The position numbers were made by a program, and so were the translations under genes. From the sequence record LC727699.1: 64,000 bases of DNA; one strand, given 5' to 3'. Below are positions 35,129-46,229 of this stretch, piece after piece (position 1 is the stretch's first letter; every line of letters starts with the position of its first letter). The notes beneath the pieces are model-generated. The model was not told the DNA's origin. It did no database searches and saw only the letters and a list, made by a program, of their open reading frames with translations.

Positions 35129-35135
35129 ATTATGT

Positions 35136-36410
35136 TTATTTTGTTTTTGTATAGTAATTCTTAGTCATAGCACGTAGAATTAAATACAACATCAACCCAG
35201 TCCTAGTTGCTGCGATATATGCAGGTACCCTAGAATTAGTCGCATCCCTAACTAACTTCTCACCTTCTTCACGCATGAAAATAACTTGAGCATTTTCTGT
35301 TTTAGATGCCATTATCTTTGCTCGTATTTTTACAAGCAATGTTTGTAGATCATTATTTCTAGCAACCATTGTACGGAGTGATTGCATATAATCGAAAGCA
35401 TACAATAAGCACTCATCTACGAGTTTCTCAAGCTTTTGTGCCCTAGGTTGACCGATGTTACGGGAAAGGTGTCTAAGTGTCGCCATGAACATTTCTGGTG
35501 GCATTGTGGGCATTATCTTTTCAATAATACCGACTAACTCAGGTCTAATGAAATTTTGTTCTTGTTGCGCAACTTGATGGATATAAGTAAGATATGAGCG
35601 ATACCCAGTAGACTTATCGCGTAGAATCTGCTCACCATCAGAATTAATAGCCATGTCTGATGAAATAACTAATTTACCACCTGATTGCAGTGTTCTGATA
35701 TAAACATCATAGTACTTGTTGATTAATTCACGTAGACGTGTTTGAGTATCAGATACTACACGACCAGACCAATAATTCAGTTCTTGTGTTTTACCAGTTA
35801 AGAAAGGTGCATAAATAGAATCAGGTGCAATGATACCTTCAGCCCGTTGCCTAAATAGTTTCTCCCATGACCCAATTGTCTTAATGTCAAATCGATAATT
35901 GAGTGCGGCGAATGCAGCTTCGGCTACTTCTTTACGTGCAGGATATTTAAAGCGTGGTACAAGTAAAGATGTTAGATATTTAAAATGCAACACCATGAAA
36001 CAACTAACCATTGCTTCATGTCTAATATTCAAAGGAACATTAGTTGTTTTTAAAAGCCTAGAACAAATATAGGCAGGAAGATGATTGAATACATCTGACA
36101 TTACACGATGGTTAGGGTCAATGAATTCAACTGACTTAAAATCTTGGACTAACAGCGCTTCATCAATTCGTAAAACATCATCATACCAAATCTCACGATC
36201 CGTATCGAAGAATTTAACTTGTTGTACACCTAGTAATACACCACCAAAGAAAGCAGAGTGATCAGCATTCCTATTCATAAAACTGATAGTAAAGTCAATA
36301 ATTCTTTTACATAAATCGCGATCAAATTGAACATCCTTAAAATTTCTATCAAGGACTTCTTTAATAGTTGCCATTGGGAAAACCTCCTGGAGAATCAAAT
36401 CATAAGTCAT
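35136..36410 (-). CDS. Conserved protein, likely virion-associated (phiKZ gp32-like, about 412-424 aa)
   Basis: Long ORF; probable start MATIKEV (GGAG SD); synteny. Confidence 0.65.
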   Translation of the reverse strand: MTYDLILQEVFPMATIKEVLDRNFKDVQFDRDLCKRIIDFTISFMNRNADHSAFFGGVLLGVQQVKFFDTDREIWYDDVLRIDEALLVQDFKSVEFIDPNHRVMSDVFNHLPAYICSRLLKTTNVPLNIRHEAMVSCFMVLHFKYLTSLLVPRFKYPARKEVAEAAFAALNYRFDIKTIGSWEKLFRQRAEGIIAPDSIYAPFLTGKTQELNYWSGRVVSDTQTRLRELINKYYDVYIRTLQSGGKLVISSDMAINSDGEQILRDKSTGYRSYLTYIHQVAQQEQNFIRPELVGIIEKIMPTMPPEMFMATLRHLSRNIGQPRAQKLEKLVDECLLYAFDYMQSLRTMVARNNDLQTLLVKIRAKIMASKTENAQVIFMREEGEKLVRDATNSRVPAYIAATRTGLMLYLILRAMTKNYYTKTK

Positions 36411-36464
36411 AAAAGTACTTATGTTATTTATTCCATGTAATTACATAAATTAGAGGATAATAAA

Positions 36465-37334
36465 ATGGTTTATAAAATGATTAGTTTATTAAACCTAGCT
36501 AACCCTAGTTTAATTCAGCAATTAAGTCAATCGGTATCTAATGAAAAAGATCTAGAAAATCTTAGAACTAGTGGTTGGCTAAAAGATGATCTTAACAATA
36601 ATGTGTTTTTCATTTATTCTGAAACATCTTCCGATATTCTAGCTAGTCTAAGGATTAATTTAACTATTGACCCATGGATAGATAGTGATAGTCCCTATCA
36701 GAAACTAGATGTTGGTCAAGTTAGTCGATACATGACAACTGCACTTGCTTGTACTAATAATGATTATGAAGTTAATGTTATTAAAACTATTTCTAAATTA
36801 TTATTATCATTTATTAATAATCAGATATGTTCAGTTAATAATATTAAGTTTAACAATAGTGGTAATGAAACTCAACTATCAGTTGGATTAATACATAATT
36901 CTTATACCCTGGACATAGATTTAAATATTGGAATGAAATCATTTATTGATAATAAAACTATTATTGATAAATATAAATTATTTGAAACATCGTTAAGTAA
37001 AACTAAGAATGAATTTAATTTTTCTATAGTCACTGATGACAAAGTTAATAAAGTTGCATCCATATACAAGACCGCATCTACATGTGAATATGATGATGCA
37101 ATTCTATTTAACAAAGATTCGCTAGTAAGTATAAAACCATTTATTGATGGTCATTCACTTATTACTACTGATCTTATTGAATCACTTATCGAAGAAATTC
37201 AAAATAAAGAAACTAAAAAATTAAAGTTAATCAAAGTTATGTGTTCCAACCATTATCAGAGAACTCATGGAGATTTAATCACAATTGTCTTATGCAGCCC
37301 TGTTAATATTTGGTCCATAACTATCTATGTATAG
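36465..37334 (+). CDS. AT-rich hypothetical protein (289 aa)
   Basis: GAGGA SD. Confidence 0.75.
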   Translation: MVYKMISLLNLANPSLIQQLSQSVSNEKDLENLRTSGWLKDDLNNNVFFIYSETSSDILASLRINLTIDPWIDSDSPYQKLDVGQVSRYMTTALACTNNDYEVNVIKTISKLLLSFINNQICSVNNIKFNNSGNETQLSVGLIHNSYTLDIDLNIGMKSFIDNKTIIDKYKLFETSLSKTKNEFNFSIVTDDKVNKVASIYKTASTCEYDDAILFNKDSLVSIKPFIDGHSLITTDLIESLIEEIQNKETKKLKLIKVMCSNHYQRTHGDLITIVLCSPVNIWSITIYV

Positions 37335-37341
37335 GTAACAT

Positions 37342-37545
37342 ATGGATTTAAATCCTCATGACATCGATAATCAAGCAATATTTAATTATTTAGAAATGCT
37401 ACCATCTACTTTTAAGATAACTGAATCTACTTTTGTTGCTGCTGATTTTGATAGTAATGGTGATGTCATCATACAACTAGAGCAATCATTAATTTATACT
37501 GGTTGCTCTTTATCTAAATTTAATGCGTGTTTTAACACTATGTAA
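37342..37545 (+). CDS. Hypothetical protein (67 aa)
   Basis: AGGT SD. Confidence 0.6.
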   Translation: MDLNPHDIDNQAIFNYLEMLPSTFKITESTFVAADFDSNGDVIIQLEQSLIYTGCSLSKFNACFNTM

Positions 37546-37552
37546 ATATAAT

Positions 37553-37574
37553 GCCCTCTCCATAAGGAGAGGGC
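37553..37574 (+). terminator. Terminator hairpin
   Basis: GCCCTCTCC-ATAA-GGAGAGGGC-TTATG. Confidence 0.75.
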
Positions 37575-37631
37575 TTATGATGTATTTTCTCTTTTATCAT
37601 CTGTAGTACAATAACTCAAATATAATTGTAG

Positions 37632-38411
<780 letters not shown>

Positions 38412-38420
38412 GGTACAACC

Positions 38421-39236
38421 ATGGCTAAACGAAAAGCTCGCGCAGTAAGTGCACCAGTAACATTATCAGAAATTAGTGAAATCCCTAATGAAGTAACTAA
38501 TGCAGAGGATAGTGTCAATGAACTTGAAACCACTCCTACTGAAATTGTTTCTACTGAATCAAGTGAAAATGAAAATACCACTGCCGATTCAGAAAACACA
38601 GCCGCAACTGACTCGACAACAGATGAAGAATCAGAAGACACGTCTTCTACTGAAGCAAATGGAGATGGGGAATCAGAAGAGCCCGATCTATCGGAGAATC
38701 AGGAAGATCCGAAGGAGCCTATAGAAACGCCTGAGGAGCCCGTTGAAGATGATGATGGTTCAGGTGACCCTGATGGTGGCACATCTGAAGAAAAGCCAAC
38801 AGAAGGCGATCCAGAGGATCCTGAAGAGCCAACTGAACCTACTGACCCTGAAGAACCCACTGATCCAGTTGATCCGGTGGAACCACCGCCTGAAGAACCT
38901 AAAGCATTCCAATTAAACCTAGCTACAGTGAAATCACAGTTTGGTGATTTACCAACGTATTGGGCTATTGAGTTAATTAAACGTTATTTCAGTGCGCCAC
39001 CTGCTATCTATATCCCAGATGTAGTCGATAACCCTGATTTCAAAATAATGGTTCAACAGGTAAAATTCTTTGGTAATGGTCTACGTCCGATATATAACTC
39101 TAAGAACATGATTACTTTCACCACTATGTTAGAAGGTGCAAGTGAAGCAACAATCTTAGAGGATATGAAGAAACAACAACCGGCATTACTAAGTTTATTA
39201 CCTTGGTATGATCCAAACGCTGAAATAGATAAATGA
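38421..39236 (+). CDS. Acidic low-complexity protein with Pro-Glu/Pro-Asp repeats (271 aa)
   Basis: PEEPTEPTDPEEPTDPVDPVEPPPEEP; folded-looking C-terminal domain. Confidence 0.8.
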   Translation: MAKRKARAVSAPVTLSEISEIPNEVTNAEDSVNELETTPTEIVSTESSENENTTADSENTAATDSTTDEESEDTSSTEANGDGESEEPDLSENQEDPKEPIETPEEPVEDDDGSGDPDGGTSEEKPTEGDPEDPEEPTEPTDPEEPTDPVDPVEPPPEEPKAFQLNLATVKSQFGDLPTYWAIELIKRYFSAPPAIYIPDVVDNPDFKIMVQQVKFFGNGLRPIYNSKNMITFTTMLEGASEATILEDMKKQQPALLSLLPWYDPNAEIDK

Positions 39237-39243
39237 ACATATT

Positions 39244-39261
39244 GCCTCCCCTAGGGGAGGC
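39244..39261 (+). terminator. Terminator hairpin
   Basis: GCCTCCC-CTAG-GGGAGGC-TTTATG. Confidence 0.8.
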
Positions 39262-39274
39262 TTTATGCTGAGTT

Positions 39275-39299
39275 AAAAAAAGTTTAAGATCTATATTAC
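39275..39299 (+). promoter_or_regulatory. Early promoter, AGAT-type
   Basis: AAAAAAAGTTTAAGATCTATATTAC. Confidence 0.75.
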
Positions 39300-39339
39300 A
39301 TATTTGCAATAATAAACAATATTCAAATAGGTATCTATA

Positions 39340-40152
39340 ATGACTGAATCAACTACTTTTAGTTTTACCCCTAATCCACATCTAAAAGAAATATACGATA
39401 ATTTTAAAAATAAATATCCTAAAAACAGTGTAATCTACGGTTGGATAAATAAAGAAAATAATAAATGGGGAATTACCGGTAATACGAAATATAATTCAAT
39501 TACAGGTACTGGCCATAATGTTCAATACATTAATCATCTAATTTCTAGACTACTAGAAGAAGAACAGCATTTTGAGAATACACGTATTGAAAGAGCATGG
39601 CTTAATTTAATTGAGTCATATGAAGACAGTTATAAAAGCGATGTATCTCACTATACTAATCTGCCATTAAAAGCCACCTTACCAATTGGTAAGCTCAATG
39701 TATTTCAAATCGGAAGAGCACACTCAGATGAACTAGGCATGATTACACTAAAATCTGCCAATGTATCAGAAATCATTATTGAGTCTAAATCAGCTCTTGA
39801 TGAAGCTCTTAATTCTATTGATTGCATTATTCATGAAAACATTAAAACTGATTTTAAAGTACTCATGCATGAATTTTATAAAAATGAACCATATAGGCCT
39901 GATTGGTTAAAAGAAAATGGTACATGCAAATTTATTCAATCAACCTTTAACATTGGTTCATCATTTGATTTAATTTACTATGGATGGAAGTGGGAAGGTG
40001 TAACCAGCAAAACAAGTGATCGAGATGCAGCTGATATGCTGTATTCTGGTATTATTATTAATACATCAAAATTAGTTAATGATCCAGATAATGAACCGTT
40101 ATTTGAACAATTAGTTAATGTATGTGAAGTATCAACTGCTAAAGTAAAATAA
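39340..40152 (+). CDS. AT-rich hypothetical protein (270 aa)
   Basis: AGGT SD; behind early promoter. Confidence 0.75.
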   Translation: MTESTTFSFTPNPHLKEIYDNFKNKYPKNSVIYGWINKENNKWGITGNTKYNSITGTGHNVQYINHLISRLLEEEQHFENTRIERAWLNLIESYEDSYKSDVSHYTNLPLKATLPIGKLNVFQIGRAHSDELGMITLKSANVSEIIIESKSALDEALNSIDCIIHENIKTDFKVLMHEFYKNEPYRPDWLKENGTCKFIQSTFNIGSSFDLIYYGWKWEGVTSKTSDRDAADMLYSGIIINTSKLVNDPDNEPLFEQLVNVCEVSTAKVK

Positions 40153-40188
40153 GTGTATTATTTTTAATAAATGAAGAGGTTAGAAAAA

Positions 40189-41010
40189 ATGACTCAATTT
40201 AACATCACCTGGGAAGAACAACTCCAAGCCCTATCTAAGCTAGATGGTTTACATCATCCACATAAATTAGAGGATATCTCCGTTCATTGGGTATTTAATC
40301 CAGTAGATATTTCAGTTTTTGTTACATGTGCGACCATGAGTAGTCATAACACCCACTATACTTTTAAACCGCAGTCAAGTCCAGATGATGCCATGGTGCG
40401 AGAATATGTACTATCTCGCATTATTGCCGATAATCTGAAATATGTTGATAATTTATATCTAGCGGCTGGTGCCGTTATTTGCGGTAATGACGAATACATT
40501 AGTGATGGTAATGTGATTGGAATTCATATCGCTGACGGCGTAGGAGGTAACAAGCTTATTCTACCAGTCATTGAATTTATGCCAGGCGTTCATGTTGATG
40601 ATATCAGTGATGAACTAATCGAGTCGTCATCTTATCAAGGTATTTTCAAAACAGATAACCTTGAAGAGTTTGAATTCCTTGTTGATAAGAAGAATGCAAT
40701 TAATGTAAAAGAATTAATTCTAGCCCATACTGATTATTTCGCTAATAAGCTGGCCTTTAAAGATCCAGCTGAACCAGCTGTAGAAATGTATCAGTTTATT
40801 GATCGGACTGAAGTATATTTTAGTTTCGAAGGATGTCATTCAGATGTTGAAGAAGTTCTATTTACTATTAAGATCACACGTTATAATCAACCGCTCAATT
40901 CAACCGCGATGCAAGTATTTTTGAAAAACCCGCTATTACCGCACATCCGGACCATCGTCCGGCAGGCCAATCCGACGCAACGGACTCGCGGTGTACTATT
41001 TAATTTTTGA
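40189..41010 (+). CDS. dip: Degradosome-interacting protein Dip (RNase E inhibitor; phiKZ gp37 homologue, 273 aa)
   Basis: N-terminus MTQFNITWEEQLQALSKLDGLHHPHKLEDISVHWVF recalled from phiKZ Dip; two genes before PhuZ (gp39); GAGG SD favours the 40189 start. Confidence 0.8.
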   Translation: MTQFNITWEEQLQALSKLDGLHHPHKLEDISVHWVFNPVDISVFVTCATMSSHNTHYTFKPQSSPDDAMVREYVLSRIIADNLKYVDNLYLAAGAVICGNDEYISDGNVIGIHIADGVGGNKLILPVIEFMPGVHVDDISDELIESSSYQGIFKTDNLEEFEFLVDKKNAINVKELILAHTDYFANKLAFKDPAEPAVEMYQFIDRTEVYFSFEGCHSDVEEVLFTIKITRYNQPLNSTAMQVFLKNPLLPHIRTIVRQANPTQRTRGVLFNF

Positions 41011-41258
41011 GAAATTCATTACTTTAATAGACTGTATTTCTCTTATTTATCTCTTTTTCTTCTAAAAAGAAAATTATATAAATAGTATATTATGTGGGGG
41101 GGACCCTTTGGGGGGGTCCCATATAATATTCCTTATTATTAGAGAAGGGGTATAACCCATCCTTAGTTCGAGAATCTATTACTTTTAGTAATAAGGGATT
41201 GGCTATAAAAAGCCAATACCGTTTAATTTGAAAATAGAAAAATTGGAAAAAATGAAAA

Positions 41259-41771
41259 ATGACTGAACAGAAAGATTACACTCTAGTACGTACTCCACTA
41301 ACTCATGATGAACTAAAGAAAGCATTTAAAGAAGATAACATTCATGCATCTGATGTTCAACTAGATAGGTTAGTTAAGTTATCTGAAGAAGTATGCAGTG
41401 TTAAAGGTAATTATAACATTCGTCCTTTAGCTAACACAAAAGGTATGGTATTTGAATTCACCAACAAAGATGGTGAGATCATTGCATTAATTCCTTTTGA
41501 TATTTCTAAAGAACGTAAAAATGCCAAAATCCCAAAAACGAAATGGCTTACTGAACTTCTAAGTATCTACCGTTATAAAGTCAGTAAGATTGAAGTTAAG
41601 AATGTACTAAACATGATTATTGATTGTGTTAAGTCAGGTGGCACTTGGCAAACCTATATGTGTCGAGATAAGCTTGCAATTGAATTTAAATCAGATATTG
41701 GTAAAGTGGTTAATGAATTAATTGTTCATCAAGAACGAACTCATGAAGAGATCGTTACTTTTAAGCACTAA
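41259..41771 (+). CDS. Hypothetical protein (170 aa)
   Basis: ORF track. Confidence 0.7.
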   Translation: MTEQKDYTLVRTPLTHDELKKAFKEDNIHASDVQLDRLVKLSEEVCSVKGNYNIRPLANTKGMVFEFTNKDGEIIALIPFDISKERKNAKIPKTKWLTELLSIYRYKVSKIEVKNVLNMIIDCVKSGGTWQTYMCRDKLAIEFKSDIGKVVNELIVHQERTHEEIVTFKH

Positions 41772-41821
41772 TACCATTTACAAGTTGGTATATGAATTTA
41801 TATTAAACACAATGAGGTGTA

Positions 41822-42805
41822 ATGATGTCTAAAGTAAAAACTCGAATTTACTTTTGTGGTGGTGCTGGTTTCCGTATTGGTGAACTATTCCATGGCTATC
41901 ATGAGGATGTTTGCTACATTGATACCAGTGTACAAAATAAACACAAACATAATACTGATGATAATACGATCATTATTGAAGCGGATACTAAGCTAGCTGA
42001 CCAGACCGCACGTAAACGGGCTATCGGTATGGGTAAAGATCGTAAGGCAGCCGCAGAACTAATCTCTTCACACATTCCTGCCATTGCCCATCATTTCCCA
42101 GCAGGGGATGCTAACATTGTAGTGTATTCAATGGGTGGCGCTTCTGGTTCAACTATTGGTCCTTCCCTTGTTAGTCATCTACAACAACAAGGTGAAGTAG
42201 TTGTAAGTGTAGTCATTGGATCTTACGACAGTGATATTAGTCTTCGAAATAGTAGTGGTAGCCTTAAGACGTTTGAAGGGGTTTCCTCTGTTAGTAAAGT
42301 TCCGATGATTATTAACTACCATGAGAATGTTGAAGGTGTACCGCAGTCAATGGTGAACCAAAACATTCTTGAAGTGCTAGATGCACTAGTAACTCTATTT
42401 AATCAAGAACACCAAAGTCTTGATCTAATGGATATCACTAACTGGGCACACTTCCATAAACACCATGATGTACCTGTACAGACTGTCCAATTACACGTGT
42501 GTTTTGATCGTCAAGAAGCCCAGGCTATTCTGGATCCAATTTCTATTGCTTCACTATACACTGACCCTGATCGCGAAGTATCCATTAACACTGTTTTAAC
42601 TCGTACTACTGGTTATGCTGATCCCGAGAAATATGATTTCGATCAAATGCATTTTGTGATCACTAGTCTATCTGTTGAAGATATTCGAAAACGATTAGAA
42701 GAACGTCGTGAAATGATGAATCGAGCCAAAGCTAATATGCGTAAGCGTCAGTCTACTCTAGATGTGGATGACCAAGCGACTAGTAGTGGTCTTGTATTCG
42801 ATTAA
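41822..42805 (+). CDS. phuZ: Phage tubulin PhuZ
   Basis: CGGAGFRIG, YIDTS, GMGKDR, SMGGASGSTIG tubulin signature, DLMDI T7-like loop; 327 aa ending SGLVFD. Confidence 0.95.
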   Translation: MMSKVKTRIYFCGGAGFRIGELFHGYHEDVCYIDTSVQNKHKHNTDDNTIIIEADTKLADQTARKRAIGMGKDRKAAAELISSHIPAIAHHFPAGDANIVVYSMGGASGSTIGPSLVSHLQQQGEVVVSVVIGSYDSDISLRNSSGSLKTFEGVSSVSKVPMIINYHENVEGVPQSMVNQNILEVLDALVTLFNQEHQSLDLMDITNWAHFHKHHDVPVQTVQLHVCFDRQEAQAILDPISIASLYTDPDREVSINTVLTRTTGYADPEKYDFDQMHFVITSLSVEDIRKRLEERREMMNRAKANMRKRQSTLDVDDQATSSGLVFD

Positions 42806-42812
42806 TATAACT

Positions 42813-42830
42813 GGAGCCCTTCGGGGCTCC
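42813..42830 (+). terminator. Intrinsic terminator after phuZ
   Basis: GGAGCCC-TTCG-GGGCTCC-TTTTATTTTTTT. Confidence 0.9.
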
Positions 42831-42858
42831 TTTTATTTTTTTTGTAACGAGGTGTAAT

Positions 42859-43341
42859 ATGAAGCCAGTAAATACAGTTACTTATATTCCTTTACATGTA
42901 GCTGAATCATTTTATTCCCCTAGAAATATGATCTGTCTACTGGAGAAAGGTAGAGTCCCACTTTATTCAGCAAGACATCTTAATTATTTACGTATCAATG
43001 TTGACGACATTGAGGATTATGTTGATTCTTCTTATGATCTATTTGATCATCGTCATGCACAACGTATTATTTCGTTCTGTGAAGCTCTTGGTAAGGGTCA
43101 ACACCTATTCGTACACTGTGAGGCAGGTATTAGCCGATCGGCTGCTGTAGCTAAGTTTCTGTGCGATAAAATGGGATTCATTCATGTACCGCATAATCCA
43201 TCTTTATTTAATTTTGATGGTTACAATGGTCACATTTATGGAGTTTTATGTAATGCTAAAGCAGGGAAGCTTTATTATGACGATAGAGCCGATGGTATTT
43301 TTATGGGTAAAGTAAATCAGAATTTTGCAGATATTAAATAA
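42859..43341 (+). CDS. Protein-tyrosine/dual-specificity phosphatase-like protein
   Basis: P-loop VHCEAGISRSAAVA (HCx5R); upstream acid-loop-like NVDDI. Confidence 0.8.
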   Translation: MKPVNTVTYIPLHVAESFYSPRNMICLLEKGRVPLYSARHLNYLRINVDDIEDYVDSSYDLFDHRHAQRIISFCEALGKGQHLFVHCEAGISRSAAVAKFLCDKMGFIHVPHNPSLFNFDGYNGHIYGVLCNAKAGKLYYDDRADGIFMGKVNQNFADIK

Positions 43342-43380
43342 CTAGCGATAATTAATAATCTGTATATTAGGAGATAACCG

Positions 43381-43854
43381 ATGGCAAAGAACACTGCTAA
43401 AAAGCTCGACGAGCAAATGGCAGCTGAACTTGATCTGACGTTATCTCCGTTTACTATGGTTCTGAAACACGTAGTTCGTCTCCCCAACATAGTTGAGGGA
43501 TTTATCTTTGTAATGGTTAAGGATGGAATTATTAGCTATGACCGGGTAGACAAATGGGCTGAAGTAAACGGGATGCGTTTGCGAGTTCCTCGTTTCAAAT
43601 CGCATTCGGTTATTGAGAAGCGGTTAAACGATAAGCTGTATAGGCGTTGGTATGTTTGGGGGAATGGTATTTTATATCCATTACAAACATCCAAGGTTGA
43701 AGATTTAAAAGATAATTTCTATTTCAAGATTGACAGTAACCCCCACTGTTGTACCATCCACATTCCAAATATTGATGCAGACAGTATACGAAATAATACA
43801 TTACCATTTTTCGAAAGAGTCCACCCTGGATGGGGTGTTATATTAACTAATTGA
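43381..43854 (+). CDS. Hypothetical protein (157 aa)
   Basis: AGGAG SD. Confidence 0.75.
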   Translation: MAKNTAKKLDEQMAAELDLTLSPFTMVLKHVVRLPNIVEGFIFVMVKDGIISYDRVDKWAEVNGMRLRVPRFKSHSVIEKRLNDKLYRRWYVWGNGILYPLQTSKVEDLKDNFYFKIDSNPHCCTIHIPNIDADSIRNNTLPFFERVHPGWGVILTN

Positions 43855-44183
43855 GATTTACGTATATGCTATTATTGATTGATTATCCTGAGGTTAAGGA
43901 ACTGGCAGATTATGTAATGTCTGAATTTGAACAATATCCTAAATTAGTTAGTGGTTCTATTCTTTCACTTGAACACCACACTAAAGGATCATTTGATTTT
44001 ATCTGGAGATATGACGGATGTGTTGATATTAGATATAAAAATCATATCTGTGGGACTATTACATTTATGGGTTCATATCCAACTTATTTAACTTATAAAA
44101 ATGTTATTACCATCAATGTCCAAGATATGATTATTTCATTAACAGATATCGAGAAATCATTATGTCAACAGTTGCTCAGTTAA
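43851..44183 (+). CDS. Hypothetical protein (110 aa)
   Basis: ORF track; TTGA overlap. Confidence 0.6.
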   Translation: MRFTYMLLLIDYPEVKELADYVMSEFEQYPKLVSGSILSLEHHTKGSFDFIWRYDGCVDIRYKNHICGTITFMGSYPTYLTYKNVITINVQDMIISLTDIEKSLCQQLLS

Positions 44184-44449
44184 GTATTTATGTAAAACAG
44201 TTTGTTCGTCTTAATCTTAAAGATGAGGATGTTATTTTAGCCGATGGCGAGAAATGGAATATTTTTGTTTTAAATAAAAATAAACTATTGATCCGTGATA
44301 GTGATCGAATAGCAGTTACAACTATCGATTATGATTCATTTGGTAAGATTATTAAGATTGATCATTCTGATTTTGTCAATAGCTCCATGGCAACCGATAA
44401 GGCGTATGAGGTATTGAAAACATATATAGCCCATCGCTATGGGGTTTAA
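44162..44449 (+). CDS. Hypothetical protein (95 aa)
   Basis: ORF track. Confidence 0.65.
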   Translation: MSTVAQLSIYVKQFVRLNLKDEDVILADGEKWNIFVLNKNKLLIRDSDRIAVTTIDYDSFGKIIKIDHSDFVNSSMATDKAYEVLKTYIAHRYGV

Positions 44450-44454
44450 TAAAT

Positions 44455-44482
44455 ATTTAAATACATTTAAAGGCTATATTAC
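44455..44482 (+). promoter_or_regulatory. Early promoter, TTTAAA-type
   Basis: ATTTAAATACATTTAAAGGCTATATTAC. Confidence 0.65.
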
Positions 44483-44516
44483 AAACATGATAATAATCCA
44501 TGTTAAAGGAATAATC

Positions 44517-44744
44517 ATGAATAGCCTTGCATATAAAACAACTGTTGTATTCGGTAAGACATATCGCGTAACAGGTAACAAAGCATTTATATCCATTCTA
44601 GATTCACGTGGCAATATTTGCTTTGAATTAAATATCGTTGAAAAGAAAGCATGTCAACCGTGTAATAACTTTAGACGGTATTGTTCAGGCATTGGTATCG
44701 CACCTGGTGATCTCATCAAAAAGATTCTCAACAGTGTTAATTGA
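44517..44744 (+). CDS. Small Cys-containing protein (75 aa; CQPC...C)
   Basis: AAGGA SD before the ATG at 44517; the track start at 44439 runs through the promoter. Confidence 0.6.
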   Translation: MNSLAYKTTVVFGKTYRVTGNKAFISILDSRGNICFELNIVEKKACQPCNNFRRYCSGIGIAPGDLIKKILNSVN

Positions 44745-44807
44745 TGATGAATTATACCAGTATGTTTTTAAATATAGTGTTATTTAGATATTATCTTAAT
44801 GGCATAA

Positions 44808-44828
44808 GCCCTCCCATTATGGGAGGGC
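44808..44828. terminator. Bidirectional terminator
   Basis: GCCCTCCC-ATTAT-GGGAGGGC between convergent genes. Confidence 0.8.
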
Positions 44829-44850
44829 ATTATGTCTTTTTTTTTATTTT

Positions 44851-45660
<810 letters not shown>

Positions 45661-45787
45661 CTATAATGCGCTGTACGCGTTTTTTCGATGGAGATAATAC
45701 CCAACTAAGGTATAATATACATCGGCTTACCACGAACAGATTTGACTAAAAATATTTTTAGATCTATATCATGTTCCTGAACATTTA

Positions 45788-46216
45788 ATGAGAGATTGTA
45801 CTGTGACTACTCCCCAAGTAGCTGACCTGTATGTAATAGATGTAACGAGGGTGATAGCCAAGTTAGTACCAAGATCGCCAAAAGAGCTAATAAATGCTCG
45901 TTTAGCAATTAGGTGCCAAAGCTTTGGAATACATCCAGATGACTATGGTACATTAGAGCATATATTTAAATCAGTAGAGGACAGCTTAATTGATGACTTC
46001 TTTAAATATTCTATTGACTCTTTTGAATTCATGTATACTACTGGATATAATCCAATAAATAACACCCCTCAAGAAATCCAATGGTTTCATGATAATCATG
46101 AGGCCGCATCTGATCTTTGGGATATATTAAAAATTATACCTAGAGTAAATGCAGGTAAGTTTGTAATATTTTATCGGTTAAAGAACACAGTTTGGATCGC
46201 TATTCCAAAAAATTAA
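45788..46216 (+). CDS. Hypothetical protein (142 aa)
   Basis: ORF track; TATATCAT promoter-like motif at 45765. Confidence 0.65.
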   Translation: MRDCTVTTPQVADLYVIDVTRVIAKLVPRSPKELINARLAIRCQSFGIHPDDYGTLEHIFKSVEDSLIDDFFKYSIDSFEFMYTTGYNPINNTPQEIQWFHDNHEAASDLWDILKIIPRVNAGKFVIFYRLKNTVWIAIPKN

Positions 46217-46229
46217 TTGGAGAAATATA

